A stretch of DNA of 56,594 nt. It comes from Clostridia bacterium. GTDB lineage: Bacteria; Bacillota; Clostridia; Monoglobales; Monoglobaceae. The stretch spans positions 1 through 56,594 of the forward strand of contig JAZOAF010000110.1 in assembly GCA_045595345.1 (NCBI GenBank). Direction: 5' to 3'. The notes under the pieces are model-generated. The model saw nothing but the letters and a program-made list of their open reading frames with translations. It ran no database searches and was not told where the DNA came from. This document shows positions 49,128-56,594 of the stretch, one piece after another. Made by a program: the position numbers and the translations under genes. How positions within the stretch are numbered: position 1 is the first letter of the stretch; each line of letters begins with the position of its first letter.

Positions 49128-50294
49128 GTGAAAAAAGGTGTATTTTTACTTATATTACTGTTACTTCTTTCGGTGGAAGTTATGGCAGAAAAGACAGAGG
49201 AACAATCGATTATCGATGAATATATTTCAATATATTCAGAAGATATAACAAGGGCCTCAAATGTAAATGAAGCCATTGTTAGTATTGAATTGGTTTTTCC
49301 AGATTTTTCCTCAGAAAGTTTTATGGGGAAAGTTGCATCCGGCGGTAATATTTTTGATATTAAGGCTCTTCTTGAAAAGATAATAAGTCTTCTTTTTGTG
49401 GAGATGAAGAGTGCTCTTAAAATTATGATTTTTGTTCTATCACTATCAGTTCTGTCTTCGTATCTCTCGGCACTTCCGTCTATGGAAAATAAAGAGGTTT
49501 CCGATGTTGCATTTTATGCTTGTTATATCATAATTGCAGGGGCCTGCTCAGCATCGTTTTTAGAGATAATCAGGTGCGGAAAGGATGCCATAGATACAAT
49601 AACCTTAATAGCCAGAATTATTGTGCCTGTGGTAATTGCAACCTTGACCGCGAGTGGCGCAGTAATATCTGCTTCGGTCTTTCAACCATTGCTTCTCGGC
49701 ATAATTGAAATTGCTCTGACTGTCATTGAAAATATATTTTTCCCTGGAATAATTTTATTTGCATCCCTTGGAATTATAAGCTGTATTTCCGAAAAGTTTA
49801 ATACGGAGAAAATGCTTCAATTTGTAGGGAAAACAATCAAGTGGGGAATATCGGTTTTGCTGACAATTTTTGTTGGAGTGGCAGGTCTTCAAAGTATAGC
49901 ATCAGGGGGTGCGGATGGACTTTCTGTAAAACTTGCCAAATATGCTGCATCAAACCTTATTCCCGTTGTCGGCGGAATACTTTCGGAAACCGTTGAAACG
50001 GTTATGAATTGCAGCGTTATAATCAAAAATTCGGTAGGAATAACGGGTATAATTGTTATGATTGGGGCGATGGCTCTGCCCCTTATAAAAATCTCCGCAT
50101 GTCTCATAATTTTCAGGATTTCGGCGGCTATTATTCAGCCTATAACTGACGGAAGAGTTGTTAAATGCGTTTCAGGAATTGCCGATTCGGTAGGCCTCAT
50201 TTTTTCCGTAACCCTTGCAGTTACTGTTATGTTTATTATTATAATGACCATCATGCTGAACGCAGGAAATACGGCGATTATGCTTGGAGGATAA
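49128..50294 (+). CDS. spoIIIAE: stage III sporulation protein AE
   Basis: 388 aa, signal peptide plus ~7 TM; position and size. Confidence 0.88.
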   Translation: MKKGVFLLILLLLLSVEVMAEKTEEQSIIDEYISIYSEDITRASNVNEAIVSIELVFPDFSSESFMGKVASGGNIFDIKALLEKIISLLFVEMKSALKIMIFVLSLSVLSSYLSALPSMENKEVSDVAFYACYIIIAGACSASFLEIIRCGKDAIDTITLIARIIVPVVIATLTASGAVISASVFQPLLLGIIEIALTVIENIFFPGIILFASLGIISCISEKFNTEKMLQFVGKTIKWGISVLLTIFVGVAGLQSIASGGADGLSVKLAKYAASNLIPVVGGILSETVETVMNCSVIIKNSVGITGIIVMIGAMALPLIKISACLIIFRISAAIIQPITDGRVVKCVSGIADSVGLIFSVTLAVTVMFIIIMTIMLNAGNTAIMLGG

Positions 50295-50297
50295 ATA

Positions 50298-50798
50298 ATG
50301 GAAGCACTGAAAGAGTGGTTTATGGCAATCACAGGAGTTTTGATTTTATCGGTAGTTGGAGAGGGGATTCTTCCCTCGGGAAGTGTTAAGAAATATGTAA
50401 CCATATTGTTTGGGATTTTGCTTACCATAACAATTTGCAGTCCTTTTATAAGCGGAGCAGACTTTAATTTTGATGTAGGCGAGATGCAACAGACAGCCGC
50501 GATTCAGGTTAAGAATATGGAGAAAAAGGAGAGTGAAACTGTGCTTAGATTATATAAAGCAAATATAGCAAAAAAGATGAATACAGACCTTAAAAGTATT
50601 AATGAAAACTGCGATTATGAATTTATGCTTGAAGTTGAGAACCAGAATATGGAGAAATTCGGCGAAATCCGAGGGGTGATTGTTACGGTCAGAACAACGG
50701 AGACAAACCTCTGCATAGATGAGCAGATTGAAGAGGTTATTTCTTCAAAATATGGCATAGACAGAAAGAATATAGCGGTTAAATACATAAGCGTTTAG
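50298..50798 (+). CDS. spoIIIAF: stage III sporulation protein AF
   Basis: Two N-terminal TM helices plus a soluble ring-building-like domain; position in the operon. Confidence 0.85.
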   Translation: MEALKEWFMAITGVLILSVVGEGILPSGSVKKYVTILFGILLTITICSPFISGADFNFDVGEMQQTAAIQVKNMEKKESETVLRLYKANIAKKMNTDLKSINENCDYEFMLEVENQNMEKFGEIRGVIVTVRTTETNLCIDEQIEEVISSKYGIDRKNIAVKYISV

Positions 50799-50810
50799 CG
50801 GGGGATAAAA

Positions 50811-51362
50811 GTGGACTTTGATATTATTAAAAACACCGAAGACGGAAGGCTGAGCAAAAATAAATTCAACAAAATCATTATCTTTGCGGTTATTGTTGCA
50901 ATTCTTTTACTGGCATTCGGCAAAAAAGCGGACAAAGAGGAGAATTTACCTGAAAACCAAATAAACAACTTCAATTTTTCCCAATATAAAGAAGAATTGT
51001 CCGAGGAAGCCGAAAGAGCTTTATCAAAGATAAAAGGGGCAGGAAATGTTGATGTTATTTTAAGCTTTGAAAGTCTCGGGAAAACCGTCATTGCCCGAAA
51101 CAGCCAGTCAAAAACCCAGAAAGATTCAGGAGGTGGGGACGAAAAAGAGGTTAAAGAAAACACAGACAGCGTTGTTGTTTATGGACAGGGACAAAATGAA
51201 ACTCCATATGTAACAGAGGAGAAACTTCCTCTGCCGACTGGGGCGCTGGTTATTGCAAAGGGTGCTTCGAGCGAAAGCGTAAAGCTGGAGCTGTATGAGG
51301 CAGTTAAGGCTCTTTATGGCATAGATTCACACAGAATAAAAGTTACAGCTTCAGGAAAATAA
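50811..51362 (+). CDS. spoIIIAG: stage III sporulation protein AG
   Basis: GTG start, one TM, 'IKGAGNVDVIL' and 'TGALVIAKGA' ring-forming motif domain. Confidence 0.85.
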   Translation: MDFDIIKNTEDGRLSKNKFNKIIIFAVIVAILLLAFGKKADKEENLPENQINNFNFSQYKEELSEEAERALSKIKGAGNVDVILSFESLGKTVIARNSQSKTQKDSGGGDEKEVKENTDSVVVYGQGQNETPYVTEEKLPLPTGALVIAKGASSESVKLELYEAVKALYGIDSHRIKVTASGK

Positions 51363-51402
51363 TTAAAATTTCCGCAAATGATGCGGCGAAAGGATGATAT
51401 AC

Positions 51403-51942
51403 ATGAAAAAAATCACGGAAAACAAAAGGATTGGGATTAAGCCTAAAAAACTCTCGCTGAAAGGTAAGCAAATCTTAGTGGGCGGGCTTGTTGTTATGGT
51501 GGCGGTTGCAGGATATTACAGATTTTCAGTAGGAAATCTGGGTATAGATAATCCTGAGGAAAATGCAGTTCCAGTTATGGCGACGGCAGATACGGAAGAT
51601 TACTTTACCAAAGCAAAAAAAGACAGGGATACTGCACGGAGTGAAGCCAAGGCGAGACTTACAGAAATAACAGAGGATGAGAGCGCTACGGCGGACGCCA
51701 AAGCTGAGGCAGGGAAAAAACTGAAAGACTCGGCAGAGGCAATAAAAAAAGAGGGTGAAATAGAAAATTTAATCAATGCAAAAGGATATAAAGACTCAAT
51801 AGTTTTTATTGACGAGAAAGAAATAAGGGTAATTGTTAAGGCGGATGAACTTGATAAGAAAAAAGTGTCCCAGATTGCGGATATAATAACATCCAAGACT
51901 GAATTTAAACCTTCGGAAATAATTATCAGTAACCATAAATAA
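51403..51942 (+). CDS. spoIIIAH: stage III sporulation protein AH
   Basis: One TM, Lys/Glu/Ala-rich linker, C-terminal YscJ/FliF-like domain; the second ATG (51403) has better RBS spacing. Confidence 0.82.
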   Translation: MKKITENKRIGIKPKKLSLKGKQILVGGLVVMVAVAGYYRFSVGNLGIDNPEENAVPVMATADTEDYFTKAKKDRDTARSEAKARLTEITEDESATADAKAEAGKKLKDSAEAIKKEGEIENLINAKGYKDSIVFIDEKEIRVIVKADELDKKKVSQIADIITSKTEFKPSEIIISNHK

Positions 51943-51967
51943 AAATAGGAAAAAATCAAAAAAATGA

Positions 51968-51996
51968 TTGTAATATTAAATATTTTATGGTATAAT
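51968..51996 (+). promoter_or_regulatory. sigma-A promoter (extended -10) of asp23-nusB
   Basis: TTGTAA (51968-73), 17 nt, TGgTATAAT (51988-96). Confidence 0.5.
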
Positions 51997-52051
51997 AAAT
52001 ACAACTGTAAGATAATTTGACTAAATTACAATATTTCAGGAGGTTAAAACT

Positions 52052-52441
52052 ATGAGTTCCGAAGAAATGATTGAAAAAAAGGGTAATGTTATTATATCAG
52101 ACGAAGTTGTTTCTGTTATTTCTGCCATCGCTGCAAAAAGCGTGGAAGGGGTTAACGGTATTCAAAGCTCTATCGCAGGCGGCTTTGTTGAGTTTTTAGG
52201 AAAGAAAAGTCCCGGTAAAGGCGTTAAGGTTGCCGTTGATGGAAACAGCGTAGTAATTGAAATGAGCATAAGCGTCAACTATGGTACAAAGATTCAGGAT
52301 GTTGCATGGGAAATTCAGGGCAAGGTCAAGAGTGAAGTTGAGGCGATGACAGGATATGAAGTCAGCGCTGTCAATGTTACAGTTGACGGTATAGTTATGC
52401 CGAAAGAAGAAAAAGAGGAAAAAGAAGAACAGGAAGACTAA
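52052..52441 (+). CDS. Asp23/Gls24-family envelope stress protein
   Basis: 'ISDEVVSVISAIAAKSVEGV' and 'VNVTVDGI' family pattern; Glu/Lys-rich tail; conserved position before nusB. Confidence 0.88.
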   Translation: MSSEEMIEKKGNVIISDEVVSVISAIAAKSVEGVNGIQSSIAGGFVEFLGKKSPGKGVKVAVDGNSVVIEMSISVNYGTKIQDVAWEIQGKVKSEVEAMTGYEVSAVNVTVDGIVMPKEEKEEKEEQED

Positions 52442-52449
52442 AAGTATAA

Positions 52450-52488
52450 CCTGATTGACCATCGGTCAATCGGGTTGTCTTTGTGTTT
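52450..52488 (+). terminator. hairpin between asp23 and nusB (possible partial terminator)
   Basis: CCUGAUUGACC-auc-GGUCAAUCGGG followed by a U-rich stretch. Confidence 0.45.
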
Positions 52489-52513
52489 ACAGTACATATC
52501 ATTGGAGAAAACT

Positions 52514-52909
52514 ATGAACAGAACAAAAGCAAGAGAATACGCATTTATTTTATTATTCCAGTATAAGTTTCAGCCTGCTGAAATCGGTCAGATTTTAGAC
52601 GATTTCTGCACGGAATATAATCCAAAAGACCAGGAAGAATATATTCGCAGTATCGTTTTAAATGCTACGGAAAATATTGAACAGATTGACAGTATTATTG
52701 CGGAAAAGAGTAAGGGCTGGGGCGTTGAGAGACTTTCAGCGGTCAATCTTTCTGTTTTAAGATTATCTGTTGCCGAAATGTTGTATCTTCCCGATGTGCC
52801 TAAGGTGGTTTCCGTAAATGAAGCGGTTGGCCTTGCCAAAACCTATGACGGCGAGGAATCTGTTGATTTTGTCAATGGGGTTCTGGATAATATAAAGAAC
52901 AGTTTATAG
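52514..52909 (+). CDS. nusB: transcription antitermination factor NusB
   Basis: 'MNRTKAREYAFILLFQ', 'RLSAVNLSVLRLSVAEM', 'VSVNEAVGLAKTY'; ATG follows GGAGAA. Confidence 0.93.
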   Translation: MNRTKAREYAFILLFQYKFQPAEIGQILDDFCTEYNPKDQEEYIRSIVLNATENIEQIDSIIAEKSKGWGVERLSAVNLSVLRLSVAEMLYLPDVPKVVSVNEAVGLAKTYDGEESVDFVNGVLDNIKNSL

Positions 52910-52917
52910 GGGGAAAT

Positions 52918-53853
52918 ATGGATACCCTGTATATTGGAATTGACACGAGTTGTTATACAACCTCGCTGGGCGTTATGGCGGGAGATAAACACAGACATTA
53001 TAAGACGCCTCTTAAAGTTAAAGAGGGGGAGTGCGGACTGCGTCAGTCGGATGCCGTTTTTGAACATATTAAAAATCTCCCCAAGCTTTTTGAAGAAATG
53101 AGCAGAGAGTTTGATGTATCTGCTTATGAAAACAAGGTTGTTTCCGTAAGTTCAAGACCGAGAAATGTTGACGGCTCATATATGCCCGTGTTTATGGCAG
53201 GAGAAAGTTTTGCAAGGTCGGTTTCGGCAGCGCTTAACGCGAGACTTAACCTTGTTTCCCATCAGGAAGGGCATTTTATGTCGGCAATATATTCCTGCGG
53301 AGCATATTCCCTTTTAAGTGAACCTTTTATTGCAGTACATATATCAGGCGGAACAACTGAAATAACCATGACAAAATGGGAAGATAACAGTTTTAAAACC
53401 GAAATTGTCGGAGGAACAAAAGACCTTCCTGCGGGGCAGTTTATCGACAGAATAGGCGTCCTTATGGGAATGGAGTTTCCTTGCGGTAAATATCTTGACA
53501 CAATGGCCCTTGAATATGAGGGGAGCGAAAAGGTCAAAACCTCTGTTAAAGATGGATATATAAATTTCTCGGGAGAGGAAACGCGATACAGAAGAGCCTT
53601 TGAAAGCGGAGAAAGTAAAGAGAAGATTGCTTATCTTACAATGAAAACCATAAGAGAATCTTTAATTTTGGCAATTGAAGATGTTAAGAAAAAATATGGC
53701 GTTGAGAAAGTTTTGATGGGCGGGGGAGTTTCTTCCTCGGCGTTTTTACGACAAGGCTTTGAGAATATGAAAGATGTTTATTTTGCCGAAGCAGAGCTTT
53801 CGACAGATAATGCAATGGGAGTTTGTCTGCTTGGCAAATTTTTAGATAATTAA
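52918..53853 (+). CDS. Kae1/TsaD-like (peptidase M22, ASKHA-fold) paralogue
   Basis: 'YIGIDTSCYTTS' (compare TsaD 'GIETSCDET'), HxxxH 'HQEGH', 'ISGGTTE', 'GGGVSSSAFLR'; 311 aa. Confidence 0.6.
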   Translation: MDTLYIGIDTSCYTTSLGVMAGDKHRHYKTPLKVKEGECGLRQSDAVFEHIKNLPKLFEEMSREFDVSAYENKVVSVSSRPRNVDGSYMPVFMAGESFARSVSAALNARLNLVSHQEGHFMSAIYSCGAYSLLSEPFIAVHISGGTTEITMTKWEDNSFKTEIVGGTKDLPAGQFIDRIGVLMGMEFPCGKYLDTMALEYEGSEKVKTSVKDGYINFSGEETRYRRAFESGESKEKIAYLTMKTIRESLILAIEDVKKKYGVEKVLMGGGVSSSAFLRQGFENMKDVYFAEAELSTDNAMGVCLLGKFLDN

Positions 53854-53869
53854 GAAAGGAGAGCGTCCT

Positions 53870-55060
53870 ATGGAAGAAAAACCGATTTTAAGCGTCAGCC
53901 AGGTCAATCTTTATATAAAGCAGATTTTGGACAACGATTTGCTTATGTCGGATGTAACCGTTAAAGGCGAAATTTCTAATTTCAAGCTCCATTCGTCCGG
54001 GCATATGTATATGTCCTTAAAAGATGAAACAGGGGTTATGCGTGCGGTTATGTTCCGTGGGGCAAGCTCAAAGATAAATTTCAAACCGGAAAACGGAATA
54101 AAGGTTATTGCCCGTGGCAGAGTCAGCGTTTATGAACGGGACGGGCAGTATCAGTTATACATAAACTCAATGGAACAAGAGGGAGTTGGCTCACTTCATA
54201 TTGCCTTTGAAGAGCTTAAACAAAGGCTTTTTGAAGAAGGACTTTTCGACCAGTCAAAGAAGAAACCTCTTCCTAAATACCCAAAGAGAATTGGTGTTGT
54301 AACCGCACCTACCGGGGCGGCAATAAGAGATATAATAAATGTTTTGTCCCGCCGTTTTTCCTATTCGGATGTTTTGATATATCCGGTTCTGGTGCAGGGC
54401 GAAAATTCTGCCAAAAGCATAGTTTCGGCAATAAAATATTTCAACAATGCAAAAAATGTTGATGTTATGATTGTCGGCCGTGGCGGCGGCTCTATCGAAG
54501 ACTTATGGTCATTCAACGAAGAAATCGTTGCAAGAGCGATTTTTGAAAGTGGGATACCAATTGTTTCAGCGGTTGGCCATGAAATTGATTTTACTATTGC
54601 AGACTTTGTGGCTGACCTTCGTGCTCCCACGCCAAGTGCGGCGGCGGAGCTTGTTGTTCCGTCGGAGGATGAGCTTATTGAAAAATTTGATAATGTTTAT
54701 ACCCGTCTTAGAAATTCGGCAATGCGATTAATTGAAAGCAGAAAACTCGTTTTATCGGGATGCGTTGATAAGCCGGCGTTTAAAAATCCGCTTATTAAGA
54801 TTGCGGATAAGAAAATTGCTCTTGATAATTTGAGTCATAGATTTGAAATGGCAGAAAAGGTATTGCTTGACAGAAAAAAACAACTGCTTTCCGCCGGAAT
54901 TTCAAAGCTTGATGCCCTGAGCCCGCTTGGAACGATTTCAAGAGGTTTTTCAATTGCATCAGGCGAGAGCGGAATAATCAAATCTGTAAGACAGGTTAAA
55001 AGCGGAGATGAAATAAATATTGCAGTTTCAGACGGCAGGTTTGATGCAATAGTTAAGTAA
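53870..55060 (+). CDS. xseA: exodeoxyribonuclease VII large subunit
   Basis: OB fold 'VKGEISNFK.HSSGHMYMSLKD', 'GVVTAPTGAAIRD', 'GRGGGSIEDLW.FN'. Confidence 0.95.
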   Translation: MEEKPILSVSQVNLYIKQILDNDLLMSDVTVKGEISNFKLHSSGHMYMSLKDETGVMRAVMFRGASSKINFKPENGIKVIARGRVSVYERDGQYQLYINSMEQEGVGSLHIAFEELKQRLFEEGLFDQSKKKPLPKYPKRIGVVTAPTGAAIRDIINVLSRRFSYSDVLIYPVLVQGENSAKSIVSAIKYFNNAKNVDVMIVGRGGGSIEDLWSFNEEIVARAIFESGIPIVSAVGHEIDFTIADFVADLRAPTPSAAAELVVPSEDELIEKFDNVYTRLRNSAMRLIESRKLVLSGCVDKPAFKNPLIKIADKKIALDNLSHRFEMAEKVLLDRKKQLLSAGISKLDALSPLGTISRGFSIASGESGIIKSVRQVKSGDEINIAVSDGRFDAIVK

Positions 55061-55070
55061 GGAGATAGTT

Positions 55071-55301
55071 ATGGAAAAAGAAACTTTTGAAAGCAATTTG
55101 AAAGAACTTGAAGCGGTTGTTAAAGCTTTGGAGAGCAGCGATATTAGCCTTGACGAAATGCTTTCTCTTTTCGAAAAAGGAATTAAGCTTACAAAAAGCT
55201 GCACAACTCAGCTTGAAAACGCTGAACAGAAAATAAGCGTTTTAATGCAGAATAAAGACGGAGAAATGACAGAGCAACCATTTGCACCAATGGGGGAATA
55301 A
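55071..55301 (+). CDS. xseB: exodeoxyribonuclease VII small subunit
   Basis: 'FESNLKELEAVVKALESSDISLDEMLSLFEKGIKL' canonical XseB. Confidence 0.93.
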   Translation: MEKETFESNLKELEAVVKALESSDISLDEMLSLFEKGIKLTKSCTTQLENAEQKISVLMQNKDGEMTEQPFAPMGE

Positions 55302-55302
55302 A

Positions 55303-56184
55303 ATGAATTTTAATGAGCAAATGACGGAATATATTGAGCTTGTTAATAAACAGCTCGATGAATATGTTCCCAATAAAAATAATTTGCAAAACTCAATATA
55401 TGAAGCTATGAGATACAGTCTTTTAGCAGGCGGAAAGAGAATAAGACCTGTTTTATCTCTTGGAGTATGCGATATGCTCGGGGGAGATATAAAGAATGCA
55501 CTTCCTTTTGCCTGTGCCCTTGAATGTATTCATACATACTCTTTAATTCATGACGACCTGCCTTGTATGGATAATGATGATTTAAGGAGAGGAAGACCTA
55601 CAAATCATAAGGTTTTCGGCGAGGCAACGGCTCTTCTTGCAGGAGATTCGCTTTTAAATCTTGCCTTTGAAATTATGTCATCGGCTGGAATTAAAAGCGA
55701 AAAAACCGTGGAAATTATAAAGACGGTTTCCAATCTGTCGGGTACAGAAGGTATGATTGGCGGTCAGGTTGTTGACCTTTTATATGAAGAGAGTAATGAC
55801 GCAACCCAAGAAATTCTGGAATATATCCATAAGCATAAGACCGGTGCACTCATTCTGGCGGCAACCCTTATAGGGGCAATTTTCGGAGAGGCAAACGAAA
55901 CGGAAAGAGAAAAAATTACTGAATTTGCTCAGAATTTAGGTATGGCTTTTCAGATAAAAGATGATATACTTGACTTTATAGGCGACGAAGAGCTTTTAGG
56001 AAAGCCTGTGGGCAGCGACAAAGAAAATAGAAAGACCACTTTTGTTACTCTTATGGGACTTGAAAAGGCAAAAGACGCCTTAGAGCGAACTACTATGGCT
56101 GCAAAGGCCGCACTGGATATTTTCGGTGAAAGAAACAGTTTTTTATGTTCTCTTGCAGATTTTCTGCTTGAGAGAAACTTTTAG
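55303..56184 (+). CDS. ispA: (2E,6E)-farnesyl diphosphate synthase / polyprenyl synthetase
   Basis: FARM 'LIHDDLPCMDNDDLRRGRP' and SARM 'FQIKDDILD'; ATG 55303 is 1 nt after the xseB stop. Confidence 0.9.
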   Translation: MNFNEQMTEYIELVNKQLDEYVPNKNNLQNSIYEAMRYSLLAGGKRIRPVLSLGVCDMLGGDIKNALPFACALECIHTYSLIHDDLPCMDNDDLRRGRPTNHKVFGEATALLAGDSLLNLAFEIMSSAGIKSEKTVEIIKTVSNLSGTEGMIGGQVVDLLYEESNDATQEILEYIHKHKTGALILAATLIGAIFGEANETEREKITEFAQNLGMAFQIKDDILDFIGDEELLGKPVGSDKENRKTTFVTLMGLEKAKDALERTTMAAKAALDIFGERNSFLCSLADFLLERNF

Positions 56185-56205
56185 ATACACAGGAGGAATT
56201 TTACA

Positions 56206-56594
56206 ATGGTAAAAATTACACTAAGAGATGAAATTAAAGAATTTCCAAAAGGAATAAAACTAATTGAAGTTGCCAAGGAAATAAGCGAAGGCCTTGCAAG
56301 AGCGGTTTTGGTCGCAGAGGTTGATGGAGCTGTTCGCGAGCTTTCTTATGAAATAAATGAGGACTGTACAGTTAATTTCTTAACATTCAACGATGAAGCA
56401 GGTAAAAACGCATACCGTCATACAGTTTCTCATATTTTAGCTCAGGCTGTTAAAAGATTATATCCTGATGCAAAACTTGCAATCGGTCCTGCTATTGAAG
56501 ACGGGTTCTACTATGATTTTGAATTTGAGACACCTGTAACTGCGGCTGATTTTGATAAAATTGAAGCTGAAATGAAGAAGATTATCAAAGAAAA
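56206..56594 (+). CDS. thrS: threonine--tRNA ligase, N-terminal fragment (runs off the window)
   Basis: RBS AGGAGG then ATG 56206; TGS domain 'MVKITLRDEIKEF', 'RHTVSHILAQAVKRLYPDAKLAIGPAIEDGFYYDF'; no stop before the window end. Confidence 0.88.
   Translation, partial: MVKITLRDEIKEFPKGIKLIEVAKEISEGLARAVLVAEVDGAVRELSYEINEDCTVNFLTFNDEAGKNAYRHTVSHILAQAVKRLYPDAKLAIGPAIEDGFYYDFEFETPVTAADFDKIEAEMKKIIKE

Overview
AT-rich chromosomal core segment from a spore-forming, low-GC Firmicute. It looks Clostridia-like: complete spoIIIAA-AH operon, sigH, spoIIM, an SLH surface protein, type III glutamine synthetase and pta-ackA. About 60 protein genes are present and nearly all are housekeeping. Functions include isoprenoid and nucleotide metabolism (dxs, ispA, purC), chromosome maintenance (recN, smc, topA, dprA, xerD, xseAB) and translation (infC-rpmI-rplT, rplS, rpmE, rpsT, thrS 5' end, one tRNA-CAU). 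Also present are secretion (ftsY, lepB), cell wall (murA) and amino-acid metabolism (aroQ, proC, an aminotransferase, glnN). Most operons carry recognisable sigma-A promoters, several of them exact TTGACA-17-TATAAT, and rho-independent terminators. I saw no CRISPR array, IS element, prophage, toxin-antitoxin pair or defence island, so most of the window is ordinary. Four things are not ordinary. (1) A full T-box leader (3275-3536, tentative Val specifier) controls an XRE-HTH + cupin + acyl-CoA synthetase fusion rather than an aaRS, biosynthesis or transport gene. That gene also carries an in-frame TAG at 4988-4990. (2) A 50-codon SCIFF-type ranthipeptide precursor (44774-44926) is missing from the ORF track. 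It has its own consensus promoter, an attenuator hairpin and the cognate radical-SAM/SPASM maturase. (3) A half-length, catalytically degenerate EPSP-synthase-like ORF overlaps aroQ. (4) A tight cluster of DnaA boxes sits in an orphan spacer between two convergent genes. All functional calls rest on motif recognition by eye. No database search was run.
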